Shown one piece after another: positions 1-9,329 of a stretch of 64,000 nt of DNA. Below the pieces are notes generated by a model that ran no database searches, had not been told where the DNA came from, and saw nothing but the letters and a program-made list of their open reading frames with translations. Every line of letters starts with the position of its first letter. Positions within the stretch are counted from its first letter, which is position 1. This stretch comes from Blastocatellia bacterium (lineage in GTDB: Bacteria; Acidobacteriota; Blastocatellia; UBA7656), in the NCBI GenBank assembly GCA_963765495.1, contig CAVXWP010000005.1, forward strand, positions 158,531 to 222,530, in the 5' to 3' direction. The position numbers were made by a program, and so were the translations under genes.

Positions 1-593
1 TGAAACTATTCACCCCCATGCCTGTGAGGACATTCTTTTCGGGCATAGGACCGGCTCAATTGCTTGCCTTTTCGACCAGTTCGAGCGGCGCTACGCTCCC
101 CGTGACGATGGAGCGATGCGAAGAGAAACTCGGTGTCTCGGAAGAGGTATCCGCGTTTGTGCTGCCGCTCGGAGCTACGATCAACATGGACGGCACCGCG
201 CTTTATCAGGCTGTCGCGGCCGTCTTTATAGCTCAGACCCTCGGGATGGGGCTTGGGCTTTCAGCCCAGTTGACCATAGTCTTTACAGCCGTGCTGGCTT
301 CGATTGGAACGGCGGCCGTCCCCGGCGCAGGCATAATCATGCTCGTCATCATCCTTGAAGCCATTCAGGTTCCAAGCGCCGGTATAGCTTTGATTCTGGG
401 AGTGGATCGAATACTCGATATGTGCCGCACCGTCACAAACGTGACCGGCGATGCTATGGTCGCCACCATCGTTGCCGCAACCGAAGGACAGCTCAGCCCG
501 CCCGACCTCTCCGAAGCCTCGGACCGCATCCGCATCCGTTCTGAAAAAGAGTTTCGCGAAGCTCTGGAACCGAGCCGCAAACCGGAGATTTAG
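1..593 (+). CDS. Dicarboxylate/amino acid:cation symporter (DAACS/SDF family), 3' part; gene begins before the window
   Basis: AFSTSSSGATLP, GATINMDGTALY and DRILDMCRTVTNVTGD are SDF family signatures. Confidence 0.92.
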   Translation, partial: KLFTPMPVRTFFSGIGPAQLLAFSTSSSGATLPVTMERCEEKLGVSEEVSAFVLPLGATINMDGTALYQAVAAVFIAQTLGMGLGLSAQLTIVFTAVLASIGTAAVPGAGIIMLVIILEAIQVPSAGIALILGVDRILDMCRTVTNVTGDAMVATIVAATEGQLSPPDLSEASDRIRIRSEKEFREALEPSRKPEI

Positions 594-778
594 ATTTGAG
601 AACTCAGAGCTCAGATCTCAAATAAGCCAGGGGAAATAGATCAATTTCCGGACTATATATCGAGTTTAGCGCGCCGGAAACTTCCCAAAATCCTCGCCAA
701 GTATAAATTGACACTCTTTGTTTGCGCATATAGAATTTTCGACCAGTTCAACAGGTAAGGATCCTTTGCTTTTTTCCT

Positions 779-2170
779 ATGAGCGAAAATGAAGAGACCG
801 TAGGGCCACCAATAGATCGCGGCGACGAGACTACAAGCGACACGCGAGGACTCGCGCTGCACACAAAGATACTTCTTGGGCTGCTTGCCGGGGCCGCGCT
901 TGGCGTCGGAGCCAACCTTGCTACCGCAGATCGCCCCGATGCAAATGGCTGGGTGATGTGGTTCGCCAAATATGTCACCGACCCCATAGGGCAGGTTTTT
1001 TTGCGCATGCTGTTTATGGTGGTCGTCCCTCTCGTCTTTGCCACGCTCTCGCTCGGCGTAGCGCAGCTTGGCGATCTCAGAAAACTCGGACGGATAGGCT
1101 TGAAGGTCTTTGCCTACTTCATGCTCGTCACTGCGATTGCGGTCACGATAGGGCTTGGGCTTGTAAACACGATAAAGCCCGGCGTGGGCTTTTCGCCCGA
1201 CGTGCAGGCGCGTTTGATGGAATCCTACGGCGGGCAGGCGCAGAAGGCACAGGAGCAGGCCTCAAGCGATCAGGGGTTTGGCATAAACACCTTTGTCAAT
1301 ATCGTGCCTCGCAATCCGATTGCCGCCGCCGCTTCGACCGATATGCTCGCGGTGATATTTTTTGCGCTGATCTTTGGCGTGGCGCTCACCTTGATTCCGC
1401 GCGAAAAGGCCGAGCCGGTCACGCGCGTGCTCGACGGTCTGAGCGAAGCGATAATAAAAATAGTCGGCATAGCGATGATGATCGCGCCGTTTGCGGTAGC
1501 CGCTTTGATTTTCAGCACGACGGCAAGGTTTGGGTGGGGCGTTTTGCAAAGCCTGCTCTGGTACGCGCTCTGCGTGATAGCGGGTCTGCTCATACATCAG
1601 TTTGTAGTCTATTCGATTCTGGTGCGAGTCTTTGCGCGGTTGAACCCTCTGACATTTTTTCGCAAGGTGACGCCCGTCATGGTCACGGCGTTTTCGACAA
1701 GCTCGTCCAACGCCACGCTTCCGACTACGATAAAGACGGCCGAAGAAGAACTGGGCGTGCCGCCTCAGATCGCGGGGTTTGTGTTGCCGCTCGGCGCGAC
1801 TATGAACATGAACGGCACGGCGCTGTTTGAAGGAGTAACTTGCGTCTTTCTGGCTCAGGTCTTTGGCGTCCATCTCGGGATAGGCCAGCAACTCGTCGTG
1901 ATCGTCCTTTCCGTGCTGATGGCTGTCGGGACGGCGGGCGTGCCGGGCGGATCAATCCCGCTGCTTATGATCGTACTCAACACCATAGGCGTGCCGCCGG
2001 GCGGGATCGCCATCATTCTCGGCATAGACCGCATACTCGATATGAGCCGCACGGTGCCGAATGTAACCGGCGACATAACGTGCGCCTGTTATATCGCGCG
2101 GTCGGAGGCCGTGGCCCCCACGCCGGTCCCGGATGAAGCCTTATCGCCGGCAGTGATGCGTGATGCGTGA
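779..2170 (+). CDS. Dicarboxylate/amino acid:cation symporter (GltP/DctA-like)
   Basis: 463 aa multi-TM protein with AFSTSSSNATLP, NMNGTAL, DRILDMSRT motifs. Confidence 0.93.
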   Translation: MSENEETVGPPIDRGDETTSDTRGLALHTKILLGLLAGAALGVGANLATADRPDANGWVMWFAKYVTDPIGQVFLRMLFMVVVPLVFATLSLGVAQLGDLRKLGRIGLKVFAYFMLVTAIAVTIGLGLVNTIKPGVGFSPDVQARLMESYGGQAQKAQEQASSDQGFGINTFVNIVPRNPIAAAASTDMLAVIFFALIFGVALTLIPREKAEPVTRVLDGLSEAIIKIVGIAMMIAPFAVAALIFSTTARFGWGVLQSLLWYALCVIAGLLIHQFVVYSILVRVFARLNPLTFFRKVTPVMVTAFSTSSSNATLPTTIKTAEEELGVPPQIAGFVLPLGATMNMNGTALFEGVTCVFLAQVFGVHLGIGQQLVVIVLSVLMAVGTAGVPGGSIPLLMIVLNTIGVPPGGIAIILGIDRILDMSRTVPNVTGDITCACYIARSEAVAPTPVPDEALSPAVMRDA

Positions 2171-2288
2171 TGAGCGATTCGTGATGAGCGATTCGTGATG
2201 AGCGATTCGTGACGCGTGACTATTGAGCCTGTCTGTAAAAGAGTATTTGCAAGACAGGTTAATCACGAATCACGAATCACGAATCACG
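2167..2288. repeat. Inverted short-tandem-repeat array between convergent genes (possible bidirectional terminator/REP-like)
   Basis: GTGATGAGCGATTC x3 (2167-2208) facing AATCACG x4 (2261-2288); inner stem CCTGTCT/AGACAGG. Confidence 0.8.
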
Positions 2289-2294
2289 TACGAC

Positions 2295-2714
2295 TTAGCT
2301 TTCCGAGTTCCCTTCGCCCGCGCTCACCGTGCGATGCAGCCCCGATGTGACTCCGCCTATCTCCTCGCCTCTTTGCGGACCGGGCGGCTCTTCCTTGATG
2401 CTTTCGGTCTTTACTGAGGTCGAACTCTGTGAGGTGGAGTACGATTCCCGTTGAGGCATTGCAGATTCCTGTCCAAAAGGCTGCGTGGTCGGGGTCTCGA
2501 GCGCAGGCTGAGACCGCGTGCCTTCAGGTTGCTGTGAATGTGTGGTTTTAGCCTTAGAGGACGGGTGAGCCGATTCAAGCAACTCGGGCCAGCCGGCCTT
2601 TATTGATTTCCGTTTGCCCTTGATGCGAAAGTCTACTCCCGTTTCATCGAAAGAGACTATGTAGGTTTCATCGTTGATATCAACTTCCCGGCTTATGGGC
2701 CTGGTAAATTTCAT
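2295..2714 (-). CDS. Hypothetical protein with low-complexity C-terminus
   Basis: ATG at 2714 with AAGGAG RBS upstream; no recognisable domain. Confidence 0.6.
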   Translation of the reverse strand: MKFTRPISREVDINDETYIVSFDETGVDFRIKGKRKSIKAGWPELLESAHPSSKAKTTHSQQPEGTRSQPALETPTTQPFGQESAMPQRESYSTSQSSTSVKTESIKEEPPGPQRGEEIGGVTSGLHRTVSAGEGNSES

Positions 2715-2816
2715 GATGCAATTCTCCTTAATGAAAATGCTCGAACGCTCACCAGGTCCATAACTCACTGATAAAATTCTATTTGCCCGGGCTAGTGTTT
2801 GTCCACCGATTGAATA

Positions 2817-3179
2817 TCACGCAAGCAGACGCTCGATCATGGGCAGGAATTCGTTGAACTCTATCGGTTTGCGTGCGCAAGCCGACGCGCCTGCCTCGAT
2901 GGCATTGTTCATAGTCATCGAGCCGTAGGCGGTGATCGCAAGTATGGGCATCGAATCCATCTCTTTTTCGAGCCTTATTTTGCGAGTGAGTTCTATTCCA
3001 TTGAGGCGGGGCATATTGATGTCGGTGATTATGAGATCAGGTTTTTTTTCTGACGCAACGGCCAGGGCACACTCTCCATCCGCTACGGTTATTACCTCGT
3101 ACCCTTCGGTCTTAAGCAATAACGAGAGCACGTAGCGGGTATCAAAATCATCTTCAACTATCAGAATCTTCTTAGCCAT
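2817..3179 (-). CDS. Single-domain response regulator (CheY-like receiver)
   Basis: KILIVEDD, DLIITDINMP (phospho-Asp), TAY and KP motifs. Confidence 0.92.
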   Translation of the reverse strand: MAKKILIVEDDFDTRYVLSLLLKTEGYEVITVADGECALAVASEKKPDLIITDINMPRLNGIELTRKIRLEKEMDSMPILAITAYGSMTMNNAIEAGASACARKPIEFNEFLPMIERLLA

Positions 3180-3439
3180 CCCGTTTGTTCCCCTTGTCAA
3201 GATCGGGCATAAAGTTTATCACCCGCGCCTGTAAAAAGAAATAGATACTTATTTTGCCCGAAAAAGGCCCATTTTTATCGGGCCAGAAGAGACTTTGCGG
3301 ATGTATAATCTTGCGGTTCGCTCTTGCTTGAGCAACCAAATTAATTTGAGCCTACTCTAAAGCCCTGCGCGTTTCGCATTGTCTTTGGGTATGCTCGGGC
3401 TCGGGCTTGAGCTTAAATCCATTTACACAGGTGAATAGT

Positions 3440-4078
3440 ATGGTGGATGTCGCACTCGAACCGGTCCGCAAGCGCTCCTTCAGAAACCTGGAATTTCTTG
3501 CCTTCAGCATAATCGCCTTTGTTGGAAAATCAGCTTTGCTCATAAGGATGCCTTACAGGGATGTAGAGGTAAACGCATTTTACACCGCCGTATTGTTGTT
3601 GATGTTTTACGGCTATTTCAGATTCCGGTACAAGATAGCCCCGCCCGTAATCGTGATCTTTTTTCTTGCGACGGCCGTCGCCGTAGACGTGCTTGGGAAT
3701 CATTACCATCTGTACGGCTCGAAATTCGGCCCCGTACAGTATGACGAGTTTTCGCATTTCACGGGGTCCGGCTGTGCGCTCGTGCCCGCGATGTGGCTGC
3801 TTAGGGCCACGACTCGCCGCTTTGGTCATCGTTTGTCGATGGACCTGCTGGCCTTCCTTTCCGTGACCATCACGTTCAGTTTCTGCGCCTATTATGAAAT
3901 TCTAGAACTCTGGGACGAACGATTCTACGGAGACTTTCAGCGTCTCTGGACCCCGCAGGACAGCGCAAACGATCTACAATACGATCTGGCGGGAATCATC
4001 GTCGCCGCGCTGATATCGGTCGTCGTCTTCAAGATAATTTACCGGCGTGATCAGTACGCAGTAGGCAGTAGGCAGTAG
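3440..4078 (+). CDS. Integral membrane protein (DUF2238/VanZ-like)
   Basis: Several TM segments with YDEFSHF, YEILE and DSANDL motifs. Confidence 0.6.
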   Translation: MVDVALEPVRKRSFRNLEFLAFSIIAFVGKSALLIRMPYRDVEVNAFYTAVLLLMFYGYFRFRYKIAPPVIVIFFLATAVAVDVLGNHYHLYGSKFGPVQYDEFSHFTGSGCALVPAMWLLRATTRRFGHRLSMDLLAFLSVTITFSFCAYYEILELWDERFYGDFQRLWTPQDSANDLQYDLAGIIVAALISVVVFKIIYRRDQYAVGSRQ

Positions 4079-4156
4079 GCAGTTTCGAGTCTCAATAAAG
4101 ATATTCAGACAGGGTTCACATTTGAAATCCTGTAAATCTTGTGAATCCTGTCTGAA
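4058..4156. repeat. Short tandem repeats plus hairpin between convergent genes
   Basis: GCAGTAG x3 (4058-4078); AATCYTGTN x3 (4126-4152); stem TTCAGACAGG/CCTGTCTGAA. Confidence 0.7.
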
Positions 4157-4167
4157 AATAAATTTCT

Positions 4168-5319
4168 TCATCGAAGCTTCTTAAACAGAAATATGTATTC
4201 GTGCTTGAAGATGTAGAACCCGCCGACAAGCGCCCGATAGCGCCACAGTTGTTTTTGATCCCTTTTGCCCTTTGTCTCTTCAAAGTTCTTGACGATTATG
4301 CTCTTGAGCGAATACTCCCTTTTCAGAACTTCGCTCATGCATTGAAACCCGAGCGGTATCCATTCGCCCCGCGCATATTTGTCTCCTATGACAAGCCCGA
4401 GGTAGCGGCCTCGCTCAAGCAGAGGCGTGAGGTTATCGACCACCTCGCCAAACACATTCAGGAAATCCGTTGTGCTATCGGCGCTTGAAAGGTCCCTGTC
4501 GTCTTCGGAAAACTCTATGATGTCGTGATAAGGCGGGTGCATTATGAGCAGTTGAACCTGCTTTACACCAAGCCGGTTGAGCCTTGCCCGCAGGTCTATA
4601 GTGCTCGAATCGCCCCGGATGATCTTCGTCTTAACCGCCAGAGGGTTCTCTTCCCGGTTTATTAAAGCGGTCGCTTTTCGAGCGATCTCCGGGTTTAGCT
4701 CTATGCCCAGCCCGTTTCTACCCTGTCTTCTGCATTCGATCAGCGTGGTCCCGCTTCCGGCAAAGCCGTCCAGCACCCAGTCGCCTCTTTTTGTGTAACG
4801 CAGCATCAACTGGCGCGGAATCTGCGGAATGAAATTGCCCCAGTACCAGCCCAGATGCGCCCCCGTGCTGTCCCTGCGCGGCAGGTTCCAGAGGCTGTCG
4901 GTGAGAATGTCTGTATACTCTTTCCACCTGAATAAATTTATATCGTTGATCTTGCCGGTCTTTGTATTGCCTGCGCCGCGATGTAGTCGCTTGAGATAAT
5001 ACTTAGCCCTTTCGATGGTCTGCGCTTCGAGAACCTGATCCAGTTCGGAGGCTAAAACATCCCTTCTGAGCGATATCGCGTTGCCGTTTGCGCCCGCGTT
5101 AAATAACTCGGCCGCATCATTATCGGGACGTGTGAGGGCAAGCTTTATTTTTGCCGTTTTGTCTCGTATCCCGCTCAAATCGGTTTCGGTCTGCGCCCGA
5201 TCAAGCAATGCAAGAAAGTGGTCTCTGTTTAAGACTACACAGGCATAATCATTCGGAGGCGCTTGCAAATCTTCGAGAGACTTCTCCCGAGTATCACGAT
5301 CTGTTTTCATCCGGCTCAC
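4168..5319 (-). CDS. Orphan amino-type (N4-C/N6-A) DNA methyltransferase
   Basis: SAM-binding DGFAGSGTT precedes catalytic HPPY; GNFIPQIP; HEYIFLF. Confidence 0.8.
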   Translation of the reverse strand: MSRMKTDRDTREKSLEDLQAPPNDYACVVLNRDHFLALLDRAQTETDLSGIRDKTAKIKLALTRPDNDAAELFNAGANGNAISLRRDVLASELDQVLEAQTIERAKYYLKRLHRGAGNTKTGKINDINLFRWKEYTDILTDSLWNLPRRDSTGAHLGWYWGNFIPQIPRQLMLRYTKRGDWVLDGFAGSGTTLIECRRQGRNGLGIELNPEIARKATALINREENPLAVKTKIIRGDSSTIDLRARLNRLGVKQVQLLIMHPPYHDIIEFSEDDRDLSSADSTTDFLNVFGEVVDNLTPLLERGRYLGLVIGDKYARGEWIPLGFQCMSEVLKREYSLKSIIVKNFEETKGKRDQKQLWRYRALVGGFYIFKHEYIFLFKKLR

Positions 5320-5732
5320 TCAGCTCCGCACTTGTCGAAGGCTTCTCTGTAGTTTTCAGGGATCTCCATCTTTTCCCAGCTATCCATGTTGACGGCGACT
5401 TTTGTTTCAGTAGAGCGCACCATCAATTCGATTTCGCCCTGTCTGTAAATCTGAAACTCGAAGATGACCGATGACCGCCCCACCCGCGAAATGTGGACTT
5501 CGATTTCGAGCATGTCGCCGTACTTCAACGGTTTATAAAACTGCGTCGAGTCAGAGACGGTAGGAAATCCCAACCGTTCATCATCAATCAGCCGATGGTA
5601 AGGCACGCCTATGTATTCGGCAAAAAAATTCTCCTGAGCTATATGCAGGTAATGAAATATCACCGGATAGTAAACTATGCCCGCTTTATCCACGTCGCCG
5701 AAGCGAACAGGTATTGTCGTGCGATAGGCCAT
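5316..5732 (-). CDS. Acyl-CoA thioesterase (4HBT/YbgC hot-dog fold)
   Basis: VRFGDVDKAGIVYY motif. Confidence 0.9.
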   Translation of the reverse strand: MAYRTTIPVRFGDVDKAGIVYYPVIFHYLHIAQENFFAEYIGVPYHRLIDDERLGFPTVSDSTQFYKPLKYGDMLEIEVHISRVGRSSVIFEFQIYRQGEIELMVRSTETKVAVNMDSWEKMEIPENYREAFDKCGAE

Positions 5733-5746
5733 AAAAGAGAATCGCC

Positions 5747-6226
5747 TTAATCGGTTTCAGGTTTCAATGACGCTTCCGCCCTGGCATAAATATCGGGAAA
5801 GGTCATCTCCATGTGCCGCTCAGGCGCGCTCAATTTCGAGAAGCCGACTGACTCGTAGAGCGCGTGGGCATCCTTCGTGACGAGCGACCACCTTCTGAGG
5901 CCCTGCAACTGCGGATGCGCGATAATCACTTTCATCAGCCACCTGCCCAGACCCTGTCTTTGATACGCTTCCAGCACAAACACATCAGCGATATAGGCAT
6001 ACGTAGCATAATCGGTTACCGCCCGCGCAAATCCTATCTGTCGCTCGCCGCAAAACAGGCCAAATGCAAGCGAGTGCTCTATAGAACGCTTTACTGTTTC
6101 AAGAGGAATCTTCGCGGCCCAGTAAGAGTGTGTCAGGAAGTCGTGAATTAGCTCTACATCCATCCGCGCCTTATCGGTCGTGATTAGATACTCGCCCTGC
6201 CGCCACTCATCAACCATTTTGAGCAC
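5747..6226 (-). CDS. GNAT family N-acetyltransferase
   Basis: IADVFV..YQRQGLG acetyl-CoA motif; DAHALYESVGF. Confidence 0.9.
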   Translation of the reverse strand: MLKMVDEWRQGEYLITTDKARMDVELIHDFLTHSYWAAKIPLETVKRSIEHSLAFGLFCGERQIGFARAVTDYATYAYIADVFVLEAYQRQGLGRWLMKVIIAHPQLQGLRRWSLVTKDAHALYESVGFSKLSAPERHMEMTFPDIYARAEASLKPETD

Positions 6227-6250
6227 TCCTCATCGAGCAAGCTCACCGCA

Positions 6251-7012
6251 TCAACCGGACTGATTTTCCGCCTCGAAAATCTCCATCACGGCAGAGACGA
6301 GCATATTTGAAAGCGCCTCGTAACTCGCCTCGCCTTCTTCTGTCGAGGCCGATGCGGGGTCGCCGAAATAGGCCTCGCGCCCGCCCGCTTCATTGAAAGT
6401 GTGCGCGCCGTCACGAATCTTTTCGGCAATCGAAATCTTTACGGGTTCGAGCGCCCGGCGCGCGTCTTCGCGCACAAGCTCTGGCCGGGCGGCCAGGACA
6501 AGCGATGTCTCATAAGACCCGGCGTGGCAATCGCCCCGTCGAAACTCTTCCGTCAAGGTCATGGCCCACTTGCGCCGCCGCTTGTCGGGAAACGCTACCC
6601 GGCGTCCGGTCTCGCCTTCGACCTGCGTTATGGCGTCGTTGATTGACGCTATGTGTTCGGGCTCAAGATGCGAATTGGCTATGACTACAAGACGCGCGCC
6701 CTGACCATAAAGCGAAAGGCAAATGTCGCGTATGAGAGCGGTGGCCGTCTCTTTTCTTATCGAGATTGTGCCGGGAAAATCCGCGCTGAAATCCGTCACG
6801 CTGTAAGCGAGCGGAGGCAGAACAAACGCTTCTATGCCGTTTTGAGCAAGCCGGGCGGCAGCGCGCCGGGACATCTCTTCCGAGATGATCACATCGGTCG
6901 CAAGCGGCAGATGTGGTCCGTGCGCTTCCGTAGACCCTACGGGCAGAATCACTACGCTACCGGCCACGCGGTCTCGCGCATCTTTCCAGGTCAGGTTTTG
7001 AAATTTTGTCAT
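6251..7012 (-). CDS. Creatininase/creatinine amidohydrolase family protein
   Basis: PVGSTEAHGPHLPLATD and HAGSYETS motifs. Confidence 0.9.
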   Translation of the reverse strand: MTKFQNLTWKDARDRVAGSVVILPVGSTEAHGPHLPLATDVIISEEMSRRAAARLAQNGIEAFVLPPLAYSVTDFSADFPGTISIRKETATALIRDICLSLYGQGARLVVIANSHLEPEHIASINDAITQVEGETGRRVAFPDKRRRKWAMTLTEEFRRGDCHAGSYETSLVLAARPELVREDARRALEPVKISIAEKIRDGAHTFNEAGGREAYFGDPASASTEEGEASYEALSNMLVSAVMEIFEAENQSG

Positions 7013-7029
7013 CTGTCCTCTGGCAGCGA

Positions 7030-7137
7030 TCAGTGGTCGGTGGTCAGTGGTCAGTTTATTGCCAACGTCGAGTATTGATTTAAAGGTAACTTTTCGAATT
7101 CAATCATACCTTTCCGACCACTGATCACTGATCACTG
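7030..7137. repeat. Inverted heptamer array
   Basis: TCAGTGG-type x3-4 (7030-7055) facing CCGACCA/CTGATCA units (7114-7137). Confidence 0.7.
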
Positions 7138-8751
7138 CTTCAAAGATTTTCTATCAATCTTGCCGCGATCATTTTTTGGCAATGAATCCCGGAATTCTAT
7201 CCAGCGCGGATACTTGTAAGGCGCAAGGTTCCCCTTTACGAAATCTTTCAACTCGCGCTCAAGATCGTCGTCGATAGCGATGCCTTCCGCCGCTACGATG
7301 AATGCCTTTGGCTTGACGAGCCCCTGATCGTCGGCGGCTCCGATGATCGCGCATTCGAGCACCGCAGGGTGTTCGAGCAGGCAATTTTCGATCTCGGTCG
7401 GAGAGACATATATGCCGCTCACTTTCAGCATCTCGTCCGTGCGCCCGCAATACCAGTAATAGCCGCGCTCGTCTACGCGAAACTGATCGCCGGTCGTGCA
7501 CCAGTCGCCCGCAAATGTCTCTTTCGATTTTTCGTGAGCCTTCCAGTAACAGAGCGCCGCCGAATCGCCCTTGATCCTGAGCGTGCCCATTTCGCCTACG
7601 GCCACTTCGCCCCCTTCGGCGTCAACGATCTTTGCCTCATAGCCCGGCACAAGGCGGCCGAGGCTGCCCGGCACGACATCGCCCGGATAGTTGGAAATGT
7701 ATATGTGAAACATCTCGGCCGATCCTATGCCGTCGAGTATCTCTACACCGAATGTCTCCATCCAGCGATTGTAAAGCTCCGGCGGCAACGCCTCGCCCGC
7801 CGATAAACAAAACCGCAGCGAAGACAGATCATATCTCTCTTGCGCTCCCTCGATCTGAAGCATGGAGTTGATCATAGTCGGCACGCTGGTCAGTATCGTA
7901 GGCCGGTAACGTTCGATCATTTCGAACATGGTTTCCGCCGTAGAGCGTTCGGGAAACAGCGCCGTCGCCCCTCCGACCGCAAACGGAAACATCATGTTGG
8001 TTCCCGTGGCGTAACCGAAAAACAGCTTTGGAACCGATAGCGTTATGTCGCTTTCATTGATGCCGAGCACCTGCTTTGCATAGCACTCGGTGTTATAAGG
8101 CAGATCGTGATGCAGATGGACCGCGGCCTTCGGATGGCCGGTCGAACCGGATGTGAAAAGCCATATAGCGATGTCGTCGCGCGAGGTGGGCGCGGTTTCG
8201 AGCCGGTCGCCTGCCTCAGCGGTCAGTCTTTCGTAAGAAGCGATTGAAGATATTTCTTCGAGCCCCATAAGCGAGCCCGATACCTGTGTCCCGACAACGA
8301 CCGTATGCTTGAGGAAGGGCGAGCGCGCCGCTGCCGGAGCAAACCTGTTCATCACCGCCGCATCAACGACGGCTACTTTCGCCCGCGTGTATTCCAGATA
8401 ATATTCATAATCCGCCGTAGGCAAAATCGTGTTCACAATCCTGTCGGAGCTACTCTCATCCATTCGGTAGCCACCGTGAATCATCGTGATTACAGCCCCG
8501 ATCTTTGCGACGGCAAACCATGTGGCTACAAACTCAATTGAATCGGCCACTGCAATCAATACGCGGTCTTCCATTTCCACGCCGAGTTTGAGGAGAGCAT
8601 TGCCTACCCGATTAGCCCTCTTCTGCACGTCTTCATATGTATATTTCTCATCCTTATAATAAACCGCCACTCTGTCGCCACGCCCCTCATTGATACGATC
8701 ATCGAGAAAGTACGTGGCCATGTTGAAATTCTCCGGGAAAGTAATCGCCAT
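7132..8751 (-). CDS. Benzoate-CoA ligase family (aromatic acid-CoA ligase)
   Basis: FTSGSTGHPK AMP-binding loop, KLFFGYATG, DGIGSAEM, YKYPRWIEF..LPK..GKI. Confidence 0.9.
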   Translation of the reverse strand: MAITFPENFNMATYFLDDRINEGRGDRVAVYYKDEKYTYEDVQKRANRVGNALLKLGVEMEDRVLIAVADSIEFVATWFAVAKIGAVITMIHGGYRMDESSSDRIVNTILPTADYEYYLEYTRAKVAVVDAAVMNRFAPAAARSPFLKHTVVVGTQVSGSLMGLEEISSIASYERLTAEAGDRLETAPTSRDDIAIWLFTSGSTGHPKAAVHLHHDLPYNTECYAKQVLGINESDITLSVPKLFFGYATGTNMMFPFAVGGATALFPERSTAETMFEMIERYRPTILTSVPTMINSMLQIEGAQERYDLSSLRFCLSAGEALPPELYNRWMETFGVEILDGIGSAEMFHIYISNYPGDVVPGSLGRLVPGYEAKIVDAEGGEVAVGEMGTLRIKGDSAALCYWKAHEKSKETFAGDWCTTGDQFRVDERGYYWYCGRTDEMLKVSGIYVSPTEIENCLLEHPAVLECAIIGAADDQGLVKPKAFIVAAEGIAIDDDLERELKDFVKGNLAPYKYPRWIEFRDSLPKNDRGKIDRKSLKQ

Positions 8752-9043
8752 TGCTTCTTACTCCTAAATGATTCTTTTCATCGCGTTGAGTATATAATGA
8801 AGCCTTCGGGATATTATTTCCATCTCAATTGGCCATACCGACCCCTTGCGAGTTTGCATTGCCAAACCCGCACTCCCATCCCAGTTCGATCAACTCGACA
8901 CTTCCCGTAACTTAAGCCGGTCAGCATCTTTGCTCTCAAAGCGCAGGCGCGAAGCTATATCTGAGATATCAACCTCTCGGATATAACGCGGATTCAAGTA
9001 CGAAGTGCAACGACCTATCGTTAACTGATCCAGATGGTTATGA

Positions 9044-9103
9044 GTTAGTTGTTTTTGAAAGCCCTGCAATTCCAATGGTTGAGGGCTTTCAAAAACAACT
9101 AAC
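9044..9103. repeat. Perfect 22-bp inverted repeat with 16-nt spacer
   Basis: GTTAGTTGTTTTTGAAAGCCCT (9044-9065) and its exact reverse complement (9082-9103). Confidence 0.9.
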
Positions 9104-9155
9104 CGGCTATATTGCCGTAGATACCCCCGTTGCACTTCGCTGTTGAATTCACCTT

Positions 9156-9325
9156 TTATTTGGTTATCACGGACAATGGCGCAATGCACTCCTGGGGGGT
9201 AACTCCGCCGTGATAGCCACACTTCTTCGCACCATATCGAATGGTCTCTGACCAGGGTGCGATCATACGACCTTCGGAAGGTAATAGCACACGTGAGCCC
9301 GCAAGTACTAATTCATCGCCCTGGG
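9156..9325 (-). pseudogene. Short relic resembling the C-terminal core of a BREX type 2 (Pgl-like) PglZ
   Basis: DELVLAGSRVLL..APWSETIRYGAKKCGYHGGVTPQECIAPL matches the PglZ HGG-x-[ST]-x-QE-x-x-x-P signature in BREX-2 style context (recalled, not searched). Confidence 0.6.
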
Positions 9326-9329
9326 AGAG

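Noticed and set aside
2167-2288. Possible CRISPR array
   Set aside because: Repeats are 7-14 bp, directly tandem, with no spacers and no cas genes in the window
8890-9222. 110-aa ORF
   Set aside because: Runs through the palindrome, no RBS or motif
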